DNA of 64,000 nucleotides from Candidatus Sericytochromatia bacterium (GTDB lineage Bacteria; Cyanobacteriota; Sericytochromatia; UBA7694), in contig JBBKWI010000197.1 of assembly GCA_037968875.1 (NCBI GenBank), forward strand, positions 6,748 through 70,747, in the 5' to 3' direction. The position numbers and the translations under genes were made by a program. How positions within the stretch are numbered: position 1 is the stretch's first letter; each line of letters starts with the position of its first letter. The notes under the pieces are model-generated. The model searched no databases, was not told where the DNA came from, and was given only the letters and a program-made list of their open reading frames with translations. Shown one piece after another: positions 31,000 to 40,354 of this stretch.

Positions 31000-33270
31000 T
31001 TAGATTTTACGAAAACCACTGCGTCGTTGCGAGCGATCTTTGCTAAAGCCAGCATCTTTGCTGAACTTTTTGCTAGGACTGCGGCTGGCACCCGGGGTAA
31101 AACTGCCTGTTGAACTGCCCGTTGAACTGCCTCCGCGATCCCGTTTGAGTTTCAGCAAACGGCCATTGATCTGGGTTTTAGACAAAGACTTAGACAGATG
31201 GGCTTCCATTTCTTCGGGCAAGTCCACAATCGTAAATGAATCAAAGAGTTTGATACGTCCGATATAAGCACTATCTAACCCTGCTTCATTGGCAATCGCC
31301 CCAACCAATTGACCCGGACGCAAATCGTCTTTACGCCCGACTTCGACACGGTAAGGAATCAGGCCAGCGTCATTACGTGGCCCTCCACTCTTCATTTTTC
31401 TGCTGCCCATGCTACCGCCGACACTGCCGACGGTTCTTCGTTTGAGGCGCTCACTCGGTGGAGGAGCGTGCATTTCAGGGGGATCCGGGGGTAGAACCAA
31501 AGGCTTATCGCCTTGCTGCAATACCGCTAAGGCAGCAGCGACATCTTCAATAGCAACTTCGTTGTCATTCACGTATTCTTTGAGTAAGTGTTTGAAGAAT
31601 CCAAGGTCTTTGTTACGCAGGGTTTCGGTTACCAGGTTTTGGAATTTCTGGATACGGCGTTGATTAACCGATTCAGCCGTAGGCAGTGTCAAAGAAGCGA
31701 TCGGCTGACCGGTGCGTTTCTCAATAGACTTTAAAGCATGCTGCTCACGAGGGCGTACAAACAAAATTGCTTTGCCGGAGCGGCCAGCGCGGCCAGTACG
31801 TCCGACTCGGTGAGTATAGACTTCGCTGTCATGCGGCATGTCATAATTAACGACATGTGAAATCCGCTCGACATCAAGGCCACGGGCCGCCACATCGGTG
31901 GCAACCAGAATATCCAACAAGCCGGATTTAAGGCGTTCTACAGTTTGCTCACGCAGGTTTTGCGGCATATCGCCATTGAGGGCCGTTGCTGAAAAGCCAC
32001 GTTTCATTAATTCATCTGCCAGCACCACCGTATCGGCCTTGGTTTTGACAAAGACAATCACACCCTCGGAATCTTCACCTTCAAGAATGCGAATCAAAGC
32101 GGTTGTTTTGTGGATACCACGCACCAGCCAAAAGCTTTGCTCAATCGTAGAAGCAGTTAAGGTTTTTTGTTTGATCATGACTTCAACTGGCTTGTGCATA
32201 TAGGTCTGGGCCAGGCGTCGAATTTCACGTGGCATCGTGGCTGAAAACAAGGCCATTTGATGCTCGTCAGGGGTATGTTCCAGCACCCATTCGACATCAT
32301 CAATAAAGCCCATTTTCAACATTTCATCTGCTTCATCTAAGACCAGGCAAACCAGATTATCCAGTTTTAAAGAGCCTTTGCGCATATGGTCCATCACGCG
32401 ACCAGGGGTGCCAACCACGACTTGAGGGCCGCGGCGCAATTGGCGCAATTGTATTTCATACGATTGACCACCATAAACCGTCGCGACATTCAAAGGCGTC
32501 TTGGCAGCATAATTGCTAAAAGCTTCAGAAACCTGAATCGCCAATTCACGGGTCGGTGCCAGCACCAAAACCTGAGGCTTTTTAACATGAGGATCTAAAG
32601 TGGTCAATAAAGGCAAAGCAAAGGCGGCGGTTTTACCCGTGCCAGTCTGAGCTTGCCCCAGAACATCTTCACCAGCTAAGAGATAAGGGATCACCTGCGC
32701 CTGAATCGGCGTTGGCACGGTATAGCCCTGAGCTGTAACAGCAAGTAAGACATCATCACTCAATCCGAGTGCAGCAAAGCCATCTTTCTTTTCGGCTTTG
32801 GGCTGAGCAACTTCTTTAACGGTCTCAGCAACAGCTTCGGTTACTTTTGCGGCAATGGTTTCGGGCTGAGCGTCAGGCGTTTTCACAGAATCCACGATCG
32901 GCGGCTCAGGCTGCGCAATAAGCTCAGGTTCAACAGCCGGGGCCTGGATTTCAGTCTGTTCAGGTACCGAGGCTGCTTGCGCTTCAAGCGTAGGCGGAGC
33001 CTCAGGCTCAAGAGAAGTTTCGGTGATCGACTCGGGCACGGTTTCTGGAACAGCCTCAGAGATTGGAGCATCAGACTCACTCTCAGCGGTTTGTGAACTC
33101 AAGTCATCGGTCGCCACTGGCTCAGAAGCATCTATTTCAACAGGAGATTCAGCTTGCTGTTCGGGCTGGGCTTCGCTTGTCGCAGCTGAAGCCGGAAAAA
33201 TTGAAAAAGCAGACATTCCCAATGGGGCAAAGTCTGTCTGGGGGGAATCGGAAAAAGAAGTATCAGTCAT
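31000..33270 (-). CDS. DEAD-box RNA helicase (DeaD/CsdA-like) with acidic N-terminal extension and C-terminal DbpA-like/RG-rich tail
   Basis: Q-motif, AQTGTGKT, DEADEM, SAT and HRVGRTGRAG motifs. About 170 aa of E/P/A-rich N-terminus. Confidence 0.9.
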   Translation of the reverse strand: MTDTSFSDSPQTDFAPLGMSAFSIFPASAATSEAQPEQQAESPVEIDASEPVATDDLSSQTAESESDAPISEAVPETVPESITETSLEPEAPPTLEAQAASVPEQTEIQAPAVEPELIAQPEPPIVDSVKTPDAQPETIAAKVTEAVAETVKEVAQPKAEKKDGFAALGLSDDVLLAVTAQGYTVPTPIQAQVIPYLLAGEDVLGQAQTGTGKTAAFALPLLTTLDPHVKKPQVLVLAPTRELAIQVSEAFSNYAAKTPLNVATVYGGQSYEIQLRQLRRGPQVVVGTPGRVMDHMRKGSLKLDNLVCLVLDEADEMLKMGFIDDVEWVLEHTPDEHQMALFSATMPREIRRLAQTYMHKPVEVMIKQKTLTASTIEQSFWLVRGIHKTTALIRILEGEDSEGVIVFVKTKADTVVLADELMKRGFSATALNGDMPQNLREQTVERLKSGLLDILVATDVAARGLDVERISHVVNYDMPHDSEVYTHRVGRTGRAGRSGKAILFVRPREQHALKSIEKRTGQPIASLTLPTAESVNQRRIQKFQNLVTETLRNKDLGFFKHLLKEYVNDNEVAIEDVAAALAVLQQGDKPLVLPPDPPEMHAPPPSERLKRRTVGSVGGSMGSRKMKSGGPRNDAGLIPYRVEVGRKDDLRPGQLVGAIANEAGLDSAYIGRIKLFDSFTIVDLPEEMEAHLSKSLSKTQINGRLLKLKRDRGGSSTGSSTGSFTPGASRSPSKKFSKDAGFSKDRSQRRSGFRKI

Positions 33271-33520
33271 TTATGGGTCTCTTTAAAAAAATTTGGGTCT
33301 CGTGGCCAACTTGAGCACTAGTAGAATGTAGAGTGGGCGTGAATAGGGTGCCAGATTGTTCAAGCAGGTGAAGAACAAATCTTAGTCTAACATAGGCTTT
33401 GAGCCGGATGACAGCAGAAACCCTTAAACTATCACTGTATTCCGCACTCAGAGATAGGGAGTAGATCCAAGTACGTCCAAAACCCAGATGAATGCGTAAA
33501 TGCCTCAAGCAACGCTTTAT

Positions 33521-34111
33521 TTAACGTGTTTTTGAGCCAACAGACCAGCCACCCCAGAGAGTCTCACGCCCTTGCTCCAGAGTATCATCCAGAGCAAGTC
33601 CTTTTTTTTGTAAATGCTCACGGACGGCCTGATAACAGAGGCTACTTTGCTCAACATCATTCCAAAGCCAAAACAAAAAAGGTCCTTGCGTCTGAACAAG
33701 CAGATCAGAGCTTTCTTGTTGCGGCTTCAGGACCGCGAGTGCGGCTTTGGCATCTGAGTCACTCTGCATCTCAAAGACATAAAGACCCACTTCTTGCTGG
33801 CCAATAGCCTGGGTATCATAAATCGCCTGCAATAGAGCTGATCTAGCTGTCGGCAGCTGCTTGAGGCCAATCATGTTTTGCATACAACCCACAAATTTAT
33901 TGTCTTTTGACACATAAGGATTCTGATTAAAGGGGCAGAAAAAACCATCGCCAGGCGCTTTTTCAAACTGACACGTCCTGGGCAAATTTACGGGTTCAAT
34001 CAAAAAATCGTTAATGCTCGGCTGACTACCAGCAGCCTGCACAGCCCCCGAAATCAAAACAAAGCACAGCCCTCCCCAAATCAGAGTCAAGCAGTTTCGG
34101 ATCGTTGGCAT
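33521..34111 (-). CDS. Secreted hypothetical protein
   Basis: Start placed at Met 34111 (AAGGGAG RBS upstream, signal peptide MPTIRNCLTLIWGGLCFVLISGAVQA). The ORF is open to 34237. Confidence 0.45.
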   Translation of the reverse strand: MPTIRNCLTLIWGGLCFVLISGAVQAAGSQPSINDFLIEPVNLPRTCQFEKAPGDGFFCPFNQNPYVSKDNKFVGCMQNMIGLKQLPTARSALLQAIYDTQAIGQQEVGLYVFEMQSDSDAKAALAVLKPQQESSDLLVQTQGPFLFWLWNDVEQSSLCYQAVREHLQKKGLALDDTLEQGRETLWGGWSVGSKTR

Positions 34112-34235
34112 CGAGTACTCCCTTATCGTGATGACAGTATTCATAGGCCTGCTGACAGTTTCTTTACAGTTTACTGAAACTTTCGCAACAGGCTTTTGCC
34201 ATACTAACATTAAGAAAACCAATAAGGAGTTCCTC

Positions 34236-35138
34236 ATGACCTTAACTCAAGGAATCAAAAAACTATCCACAGCGCTGATCGCCAGCGCAATGCTGATTAG
34301 CTTAAGCGCGTGTGCATCCCAGAATCCCGGTGCCAGCATTGAAGACGGCTTTTCACTTTTAAATGCAGCCAATGATGGCCAACAAAGCCAAAGACATGGC
34401 AAAACAGGTAAGCACGGCAAGCATGGCGGTCATCAGATGATGATCGGTATGCTAATGAAAGACCTCAATCTCAGTGATTCACAGAAAACCCAGTTTAAAA
34501 CGCTGATGCAAGATGGCAAAGCCGACCATCAAGCCCTTCGTGAGCAAATGAAAGGCTTTAAAGAAAAACTCAAAACCCAGTTTTTATCAGATAGCTTTGA
34601 TAGTGCAACTCTGAAAGCTGAGCTGGCACAAGTCAGCAAACCCAACGCCAGTGAAATGAGCACCAAAATGGCAACCAAGCTTGTTGCAGCCTGGCAAATC
34701 CTAACCCCGGCACAACAAAGCCAACTCGAAACCAAGCTCAGTCAAATGGAAGCCCGTTTTGCCCAATGGCAAGACAAAAAACCCGCATCGGATCGTCAGG
34801 GCAAGCATCTTGAGCAACTGAAAACAAAACTGGGCTTAAGCGATGCTCAGATTCAAGAATTGGGTGTGCTGAAAGCAAGCAACTCACCAGATCGGGCAGC
34901 CAAAATGGCTGAAATGCGACAAATAAAAACCCAGGTTTTGGCCCAATTAAAAGCGGAAGCCAGCACCGAACAAATCGCATTAACTCTCGCGCCAATGGGC
35001 GAGAAAATGGGCCATGGTTTTGAAAAGCAGCTTGAAAAAATGCAGGCTTTTCATGCAGTCTTGACCCCTACCCAGCGGCAACAAATGGTTGAGATGATGC
35101 AACAGCGTCATCAAGGCCATCGCCAGCACAAAAAATAA
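34236..35138 (+). CDS. Periplasmic LTXXQ-motif protein (CpxP/Spy/ZraP family), duplicated, His-rich, lipoprotein
   Basis: AAGGAG RBS then ATG 34236. Lipobox LSAC. Four LTXXQ-like motifs (LSDSQ, LTPAQ, LSDAQ, LTPTQ). HGKTGKHGKHGGH and HQGHRQH His patches. Confidence 0.65.
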   Translation: MTLTQGIKKLSTALIASAMLISLSACASQNPGASIEDGFSLLNAANDGQQSQRHGKTGKHGKHGGHQMMIGMLMKDLNLSDSQKTQFKTLMQDGKADHQALREQMKGFKEKLKTQFLSDSFDSATLKAELAQVSKPNASEMSTKMATKLVAAWQILTPAQQSQLETKLSQMEARFAQWQDKKPASDRQGKHLEQLKTKLGLSDAQIQELGVLKASNSPDRAAKMAEMRQIKTQVLAQLKAEASTEQIALTLAPMGEKMGHGFEKQLEKMQAFHAVLTPTQRQQMVEMMQQRHQGHRQHKK

Positions 35139-35193
35139 AGTGAGTATGGGGGAGGGCTGGACAGTATTCTGTTCTCCCCTTTATGCTAGCGCT

Positions 35194-35901
35194 ATGACAG
35201 AGATTCACATCATCGACGACGACATTGAGCTACACAGCTTGCTCAAGTCTTATTTTGAGCATAGCCAGCTCAGCCTGAGCGCTTCTGAAACCCCCAGTGC
35301 CGGTATGTCCTATTTAAGCCAACACGAGGTGGATCTGGTGATTTTGGATGTGATGCTACCCGAAATGGACGGATTTGAACTCTGCCGCCAGTTACGCCAA
35401 CTTTACCCACGCCTACCGATCTTAATGCTAACCGCTCGCGGTGATGATTTAAACACGATTCTGGGGCTTGAGATTGGGGCCGATGACTATATGTCGAAGC
35501 CATTTAACCCACGCGAGCTCGAGGCTCGTATCAAAACTATTTTGCGTCGGGTTGAGCGCTATGAAGAAGAAAGCACGCCAGTCAGTACCAGCTTGTTAGA
35601 ATCAGAAGTGTGGAATCTCAAACTCGATCTAGACGCCCGCACCCTACTGCTCAAAGCACAAGAAATTGAACTGACAGCCACGGAATTTGATCTCTTAAAA
35701 GTCTTACTCGAAAACCGGGGAACAGTCCTTAGCAGAGATGCTCTGATGACCAAAATGCGCGGTTACGACTGGGATAGCTTTGATCGCTCGATTGATATGC
35801 ATATTAGTAAATTGCGCTCAAAGCTAGGCGATCCACCACGTAAGCCCCTCATGATCAAAACCGTCTGGGGAATTGGTTATATTTTCTCCGAAAAAGCATG
35901 A
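35194..35901 (+). CDS. OmpR-family response regulator
   Basis: Receiver (IIDDD...LDVMLP...LMLTA) plus winged-helix (VWGIGYIF). The ORF is open from 35140. 4-bp overlap with the kinase gene. Confidence 0.85.
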   Translation: MTEIHIIDDDIELHSLLKSYFEHSQLSLSASETPSAGMSYLSQHEVDLVILDVMLPEMDGFELCRQLRQLYPRLPILMLTARGDDLNTILGLEIGADDYMSKPFNPRELEARIKTILRRVERYEEESTPVSTSLLESEVWNLKLDLDARTLLLKAQEIELTATEFDLLKVLLENRGTVLSRDALMTKMRGYDWDSFDRSIDMHISKLRSKLGDPPRKPLMIKTVWGIGYIFSEKA

Positions 35902-37307
35902 AGCGGCTTTATCAGCGGGTTTATCTCTATATATTTTTGATTTTAATTCTGAGCCTGGTTTTAGCGGGCCTGAGTATGGGTCTGTTTTTTGGCCAGCGAG
36001 AACGGGGCTTCATGAGCCATACCTTTCGGCGACAGGTTCAGTTTATTCGCCGTGAAACCGCTCGCTTTGAACAGCCAACGAATAATCAATTACGCTCCAG
36101 ACGCCAACGACAGGTTCAAGGCATTCCACGTCAAATGGCTGATCCCAGTGATTTACAAGAGCGTCTCAAAGAGCTTTCTCAGCAGCTGGGTTGGGATCTA
36201 GCCTACTGGCGAGAGGGAGAACTGATTTATAGCTCAGTCTCAAAGCCACCCGTCTATGCAGAGTTAAAAGGCAAACTGCAACAGAGCCCCCAGCAACAGC
36301 TCCAAAGCCAGCGTTTTCAGCGCCCCCAAATTGTACTCAGTGTTTACCCCCAACTTCCCCAGGCAGGCGTGTTGTGGCTCCAAATCCGCTTGATCACCCT
36401 GGGTAGCCCATTACAAGGCCCCTTGATTGGATTTGTGTTGCTTTTGCTATTTTTGGGTCTGCTCTTGCTACCCTTTACCCGCTTCTTACTGCGGCCTTAT
36501 AAAGACTTGCAATCCGCCATTCAACAATTGGCTCAGGGACGCTTTGAAGAACCTTTAGATCAAAAAAACTATCCGGCTTTTGAGGAGTTAGTCGAGTCCT
36601 TTAATCAGATGCAATCGCGCTTAGAAGAAATGATGCAGCAAAAACAACGGCTGGTTGCAGATGTTTCCCATGAGCTACGATCCCCACTCACTCGCCTGCG
36701 TCTGATCATGGAACTGGTCTTACAAGCCCCTCCTGACAGAGAAAAAATGGTCAACAAAGCCATCAATGAAATCGAAGAGCTCAATCAGATTATTGATGAC
36801 GTACTAGAAGTCTCTCGCCTGCAATTAAATAACTTGCCTCTGCATACCGAACCCCTCGATTTAACCTTGCTCTTATTTGAGTTGGTCGAACAACACCAGG
36901 ACTTACTCGACCAAAAAGAATTGGAACTAGCAATCAGCATGCCCGACTCAGCGGTCACGATCGAGGCAGATCCACGCTTGCTAAAGCGCTTGTTCAATAA
37001 TCTCTTTAATAATCTGGCCAAGTATGTACCCGGCCCGGGCCTGGTCGATTTTTCCCTCACGATACAAGGGGAGCAGGTAAAGATTTATCTGCGGGATCGG
37101 GGACCGGGTATACCGGCAACAGAACTCGATAAAATCTTCACCCCGTTTTATCGCACCGATCTTTCTCGTTCGCGGCGCTCGGGTGGTGTGGGACTGGGTC
37201 TGGCCATTGTCTGGGAGATCGTGCAGGCCCATCACGGTCAGATTGAGGCGAACTTAGCTGTGGATAAAGGCCTGGCCTTTACCATTCACCTGCCCCTGAC
37301 ACAGTAG
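35898..37307 (+). CDS. Sensor histidine kinase (CpxA/EnvZ-like architecture)
   Basis: Two TM segments, HAMP, H-box VSHELRSPLT, N/G1/G2 boxes (RDRGPGIP, GGVGLGLAIV). Confidence 0.85.
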   Translation: MKRLYQRVYLYIFLILILSLVLAGLSMGLFFGQRERGFMSHTFRRQVQFIRRETARFEQPTNNQLRSRRQRQVQGIPRQMADPSDLQERLKELSQQLGWDLAYWREGELIYSSVSKPPVYAELKGKLQQSPQQQLQSQRFQRPQIVLSVYPQLPQAGVLWLQIRLITLGSPLQGPLIGFVLLLLFLGLLLLPFTRFLLRPYKDLQSAIQQLAQGRFEEPLDQKNYPAFEELVESFNQMQSRLEEMMQQKQRLVADVSHELRSPLTRLRLIMELVLQAPPDREKMVNKAINEIEELNQIIDDVLEVSRLQLNNLPLHTEPLDLTLLLFELVEQHQDLLDQKELELAISMPDSAVTIEADPRLLKRLFNNLFNNLAKYVPGPGLVDFSLTIQGEQVKIYLRDRGPGIPATELDKIFTPFYRTDLSRSRRSGGVGLGLAIVWEIVQAHHGQIEANLAVDKGLAFTIHLPLTQ

Positions 37308-37800
37308 ACTCCAACAAACCCGCTAAAATTAGACATAAAAAAAGCCTGACAAGCAGGCTTGGGGTAGTGAAAAGTTCAATTAGTAAATGGTATAGGTCTG
37401 GGAGCAAATCGGGTCAACGGGTAAGCCCGGCAAATTTTAATACTATTTTTATATCCAAAAGGACAATTTCTATAGCTTATTTACAAGAAATGACTTATAA
37501 ATAAGACAAGCAAACATTTCAAACCAATTGCCTCTTGTTTGCCAGTGCTGCACAGCAGCATGAAATTATCAACGGGTGACTCTGGTAGAACGAGATAATA
37601 CTTTATCTCTTCTGCCTTTTTTCTTTTTTGATCTTAACAAGAAAGCCACTGGCAAGCTGTGATCGATTCCCCGCTCTGATGACTTGACCATCCCACAACA
37701 CCCATGATCAAAATTTCAGGCAAGTTTTACTTACTTTCAGCCTATGATTAAACTAAATAAAAGCTGGTGTTAAACAAACATTAAGGTTCGGGGACAAAAT

Positions 37801-38808
37801 ATGCGTATCCAAAAGATCTCACTCTATCTCTTATCATCACTGACGCTCCTGACTGCTTGCGGTGGCGGAAGCGATTTAACAATGGATCTTAGCGCATCAA
37901 TCCCATCTAGTCCCCCCGTAAGCAGCACAGCCAGCTCTGAGCTCAAAGCCGCTCTGCCTAAAATTTTACTGGGACTTGAAGAAATCAAGCAAGACATTAA
38001 ATCCCTGGGTTCTTCAGGCGCTGTAACCAGCAGCCGTTCGACTTCCTCAACAAGCAAACCCACTAGCAGCCGTAGTACAAGCAAAACACCCACCAGTACC
38101 AGCCGTTCAAGCAGCAGCACCCCCAGCAAAACAACAAGCACCCCTAGCCGTGCATCAAGCCCTGCTCCTGCCCCAAAACCCCAACAACCGTCAGGCACCG
38201 CTGAGCTAAAAAGTATTCTGGCAGCACTCAACAGTACACCTGCACTGGAAGCCGAAATCGAAAAAGCTGAAGGTAAGATTGGCGATCCCAGCTACCCGAT
38301 CAATACTGTGAAATTAAAAATGTTCACCCAGAAACCTGGCACTGTCAAAATCGACATCATTTTCTCTAGCAAAGACAAATCATCAGGCACCAAAATCCTG
38401 TATGAAGCAGGTAGCCCCAAAGCCAAGGTTCGCCCCGGAGGCGCACTTAGCTTTATGACCGCCGATCTGGAGAAAACCGACGACCGCCTGACTTCAACCA
38501 ATGGATTTCCCCTCGATGATCTGGACTTCTTTGGTGCTATCAAACGCCTCAGCAATGGTTATGAAGCCGAGCTGATCGGAAAAACGACGATGAATGGCAA
38601 AACCCTACATATCATTAAGATCAAAACCACAGGCACCAATACAATGGATTCACGGATTGATTATGAATTAATGGGCTATGAACCAGACACCTACAAAATT
38701 CGTCTTTGGGAACTCTATGCCGGTGAGAAAGAGCCTTTCCTGCGTCTGACCATGCCCAAACTTGAGTTTTTAAGCAGCCATTCTGATAGCAAAGCCATGA
38801 AACTTTAA
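37801..38808 (+). CDS. Lipoprotein with Ser/Thr/Pro-rich linker and conserved C-terminal domain (paralogue A)
   Basis: Lipobox LTAC. SSRSTSSTSKPTSSRSTSKTPTS low-complexity linker. C-terminal domain shared with 38926..39969. Confidence 0.6.
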   Translation: MRIQKISLYLLSSLTLLTACGGGSDLTMDLSASIPSSPPVSSTASSELKAALPKILLGLEEIKQDIKSLGSSGAVTSSRSTSSTSKPTSSRSTSKTPTSTSRSSSSTPSKTTSTPSRASSPAPAPKPQQPSGTAELKSILAALNSTPALEAEIEKAEGKIGDPSYPINTVKLKMFTQKPGTVKIDIIFSSKDKSSGTKILYEAGSPKAKVRPGGALSFMTADLEKTDDRLTSTNGFPLDDLDFFGAIKRLSNGYEAELIGKTTMNGKTLHIIKIKTTGTNTMDSRIDYELMGYEPDTYKIRLWELYAGEKEPFLRLTMPKLEFLSSHSDSKAMKL

Positions 38809-38925
38809 CTATTTATTAACCTTTTCTAATCTCTTTCTTAACCAAGCTTAAGAAAGATCTTTTCCCTCTGTTCTATATTTATTGTAGAACAGCTGCTTGT
38901 ACAGGTAGCAAAAGGGAGTAGATAG

Positions 38926-39969
38926 ATGAAAAAACGTTCTTTTAAAACTTTGGCTTTAACGGTGATGAGCAGCGCACTATTATTGAGTGCTTGTGGTAGC
39001 GGCAATGACTTAGCTGGCGATCTGGCCGGCTCTTTGGCCTCTTTAAACACAGATACCAGCTTACCTGCCACCGTCACTTCATCCGCTGACAGCGAGCTTT
39101 CAGCCGCAATCCCCAAGATCCTCAAAGGACTTGAAGACATTAAAAACGAAATTCGCGCATTGGATATTCGCAACATCAGCGATGATGACGATGCCCCCCG
39201 CAGCACTTCTAGCAGCACAGCAGCCACTTCAACACGCAGTTCTTCTAGCACCAAAACACCTACTACTTCAACCCGCAGCTCTTCTAGCACCAAAACACCC
39301 ACTTCAACCCGCAGCTCTTCCAGTACTACAACAGCTAAGCCAGCAGCTCCTAGCGCAGCTGAAAAAGGTGCCGCTGAGCTCAAAGCTCTGGTCGCCAAGG
39401 TTCAGTCAGCTCCTTTTGTCCAGCTTTCTGCTGAAAAAGATGAACGCAATCTAGATACGGGCAAAGTTTCTTTTAATAAACTTGATCTCTACTCGAAGCT
39501 CCCCAACGTGGTTCGAATTAATATTAAAGAGTCCAGCGCTGGTTCTGCCGGAGTTTCTGCTCTCTATACCTCTGGTGAAGGCACCAAAGTCCAGGTCAAA
39601 AAACTCTTTATTAAATTAGATTTGGATAAAACCGATGACCGTTTGGTTTCTAATAATAAATACGGCCCCGATGATATCGATCTCTTTGGGGTTATGAAGC
39701 GGATTGCCCAGCCCAATATCAGCGCAGAGCTGATTGGTAAAACCACCTTTGCTGGAAAAACCATCAATATCCTCAAGCTAACAACTTCAGGAACCCACCC
39801 AATCGACTCCCGCATTAGCCACGAATACATTGGCTATGAGCCAGATACTTACGCTTTCCGTCTCTGGGAAATCTATGATAGCGCGTCTGCCAAAGACCCT
39901 TACTATCGCATGAGCATCACTCAGATAGCTTTCCCAGCTTCTTTGCCAGCGAGCACATTCAAGCTCTAA
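38926..39969 (+). CDS. Lipoprotein with Ser/Thr/Pro-rich linker and conserved C-terminal domain (paralogue B)
   Basis: Lipobox LSAC. N-terminal ...AIPKIL.GLE.IK motif and C-terminal ELIGKTT..GKT..I.K..T.G....DSRI..E..GYEPDTY..RLWE.Y, both aligning to paralogue A. Confidence 0.6.
   Translation: MKKRSFKTLALTVMSSALLLSACGSGNDLAGDLAGSLASLNTDTSLPATVTSSADSELSAAIPKILKGLEDIKNEIRALDIRNISDDDDAPRSTSSSTAATSTRSSSSTKTPTTSTRSSSSTKTPTSTRSSSSTTTAKPAAPSAAEKGAAELKALVAKVQSAPFVQLSAEKDERNLDTGKVSFNKLDLYSKLPNVVRINIKESSAGSAGVSALYTSGEGTKVQVKKLFIKLDLDKTDDRLVSNNKYGPDDIDLFGVMKRIAQPNISAELIGKTTFAGKTINILKLTTSGTHPIDSRISHEYIGYEPDTYAFRLWEIYDSASAKDPYYRMSITQIAFPASLPASTFKL
39232..39330 (+). repeat. Intragenic imperfect tandem repeat (36-39 nt units, about 2.7 copies) encoding STRSSSSTKTPT(T)
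   Basis: Direct reading: tcaacacgcagttcttctagcaccaaaacacctactact / tcaacccgcagctcttctagcaccaaaacacccact / tcaacccgcagctcttccagtact. Confidence 0.6.
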
Positions 39970-39971
39970 GC

Positions 39972-40280
39972 TTAGCTAAAAAATTCCCATGGTTGGACAG
40001 GTTGCGGTTTCTCTGCAACCTGTCCATTTTGTATGATTGGAATCTGCTGATTAGCAAAGATCAAAAGTTCAATCTCTTGCTGGAAATATTTTTGGTCGGT
40101 TTCTTTGAGACATTCAGCCATTTCAAAATAGTCCAGGTGCGCATCCACGCCCCCTTCAGCTATGCCATTCGAACCGAAACCCGTGGGCCGCAAAACCATT
40201 TGCACAATCGATTCCAATTCACTCAAGTCTTTGCAATAGCGAATTTCCGCCAATAGCTGTTCATAACGTAGCTTTTCCAT
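39972..40280 (-). CDS. Small acidic hypothetical protein
   Basis: 102 aa ORF. Last gene of the MVP-like/response-regulator gene string on the same strand. Confidence 0.35.
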   Translation of the reverse strand: MEKLRYEQLLAEIRYCKDLSELESIVQMVLRPTGFGSNGIAEGGVDAHLDYFEMAECLKETDQKYFQQEIELLIFANQQIPIIQNGQVAEKPQPVQPWEFFS

Positions 40281-40354
40281 AGGCTGATTTTAGCATAGCC
40301 ACACAAAAACCAGCAATTTGAATAAGTTCAATACGCTCTGGCAGCCAGCTGACT

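Noticed and set aside
30554-31046. 102-aa (minus) and 85-aa (plus) ORFs in the nuoG upstream region
   Set aside because: The region is more plausibly the nuoGHI promoter or leader. The 85-aa ORF has one hydrophobic stretch but overlaps the DEAD-box gene 3' end and lacks an RBS. It is not reportable.
37342-37360. Hairpin AGCCTG-ACAA-CAGGCT after the histidine kinase gene
   Set aside because: The stem is preceded, not followed, by an A/T tract, so in the plus direction it lacks a U-tail. At best it is a weak or bidirectional terminator.
37381-37800. AT-rich intergenic region of about 420 bp with no ORF, a candidate small RNA
   Set aside because: I saw no recognisable structure or conserved motif by eye. 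It is most simply the promoter region of the lipoprotein gene.
38838-39398. 186-aa minus-strand ORF with VLEELRVEV repeats
   Set aside because: It is antisense to the S/T/P-repeat region of the lipoprotein genes. The periodicity is a mirror of the sense-strand tandem repeat, with no independent start context.
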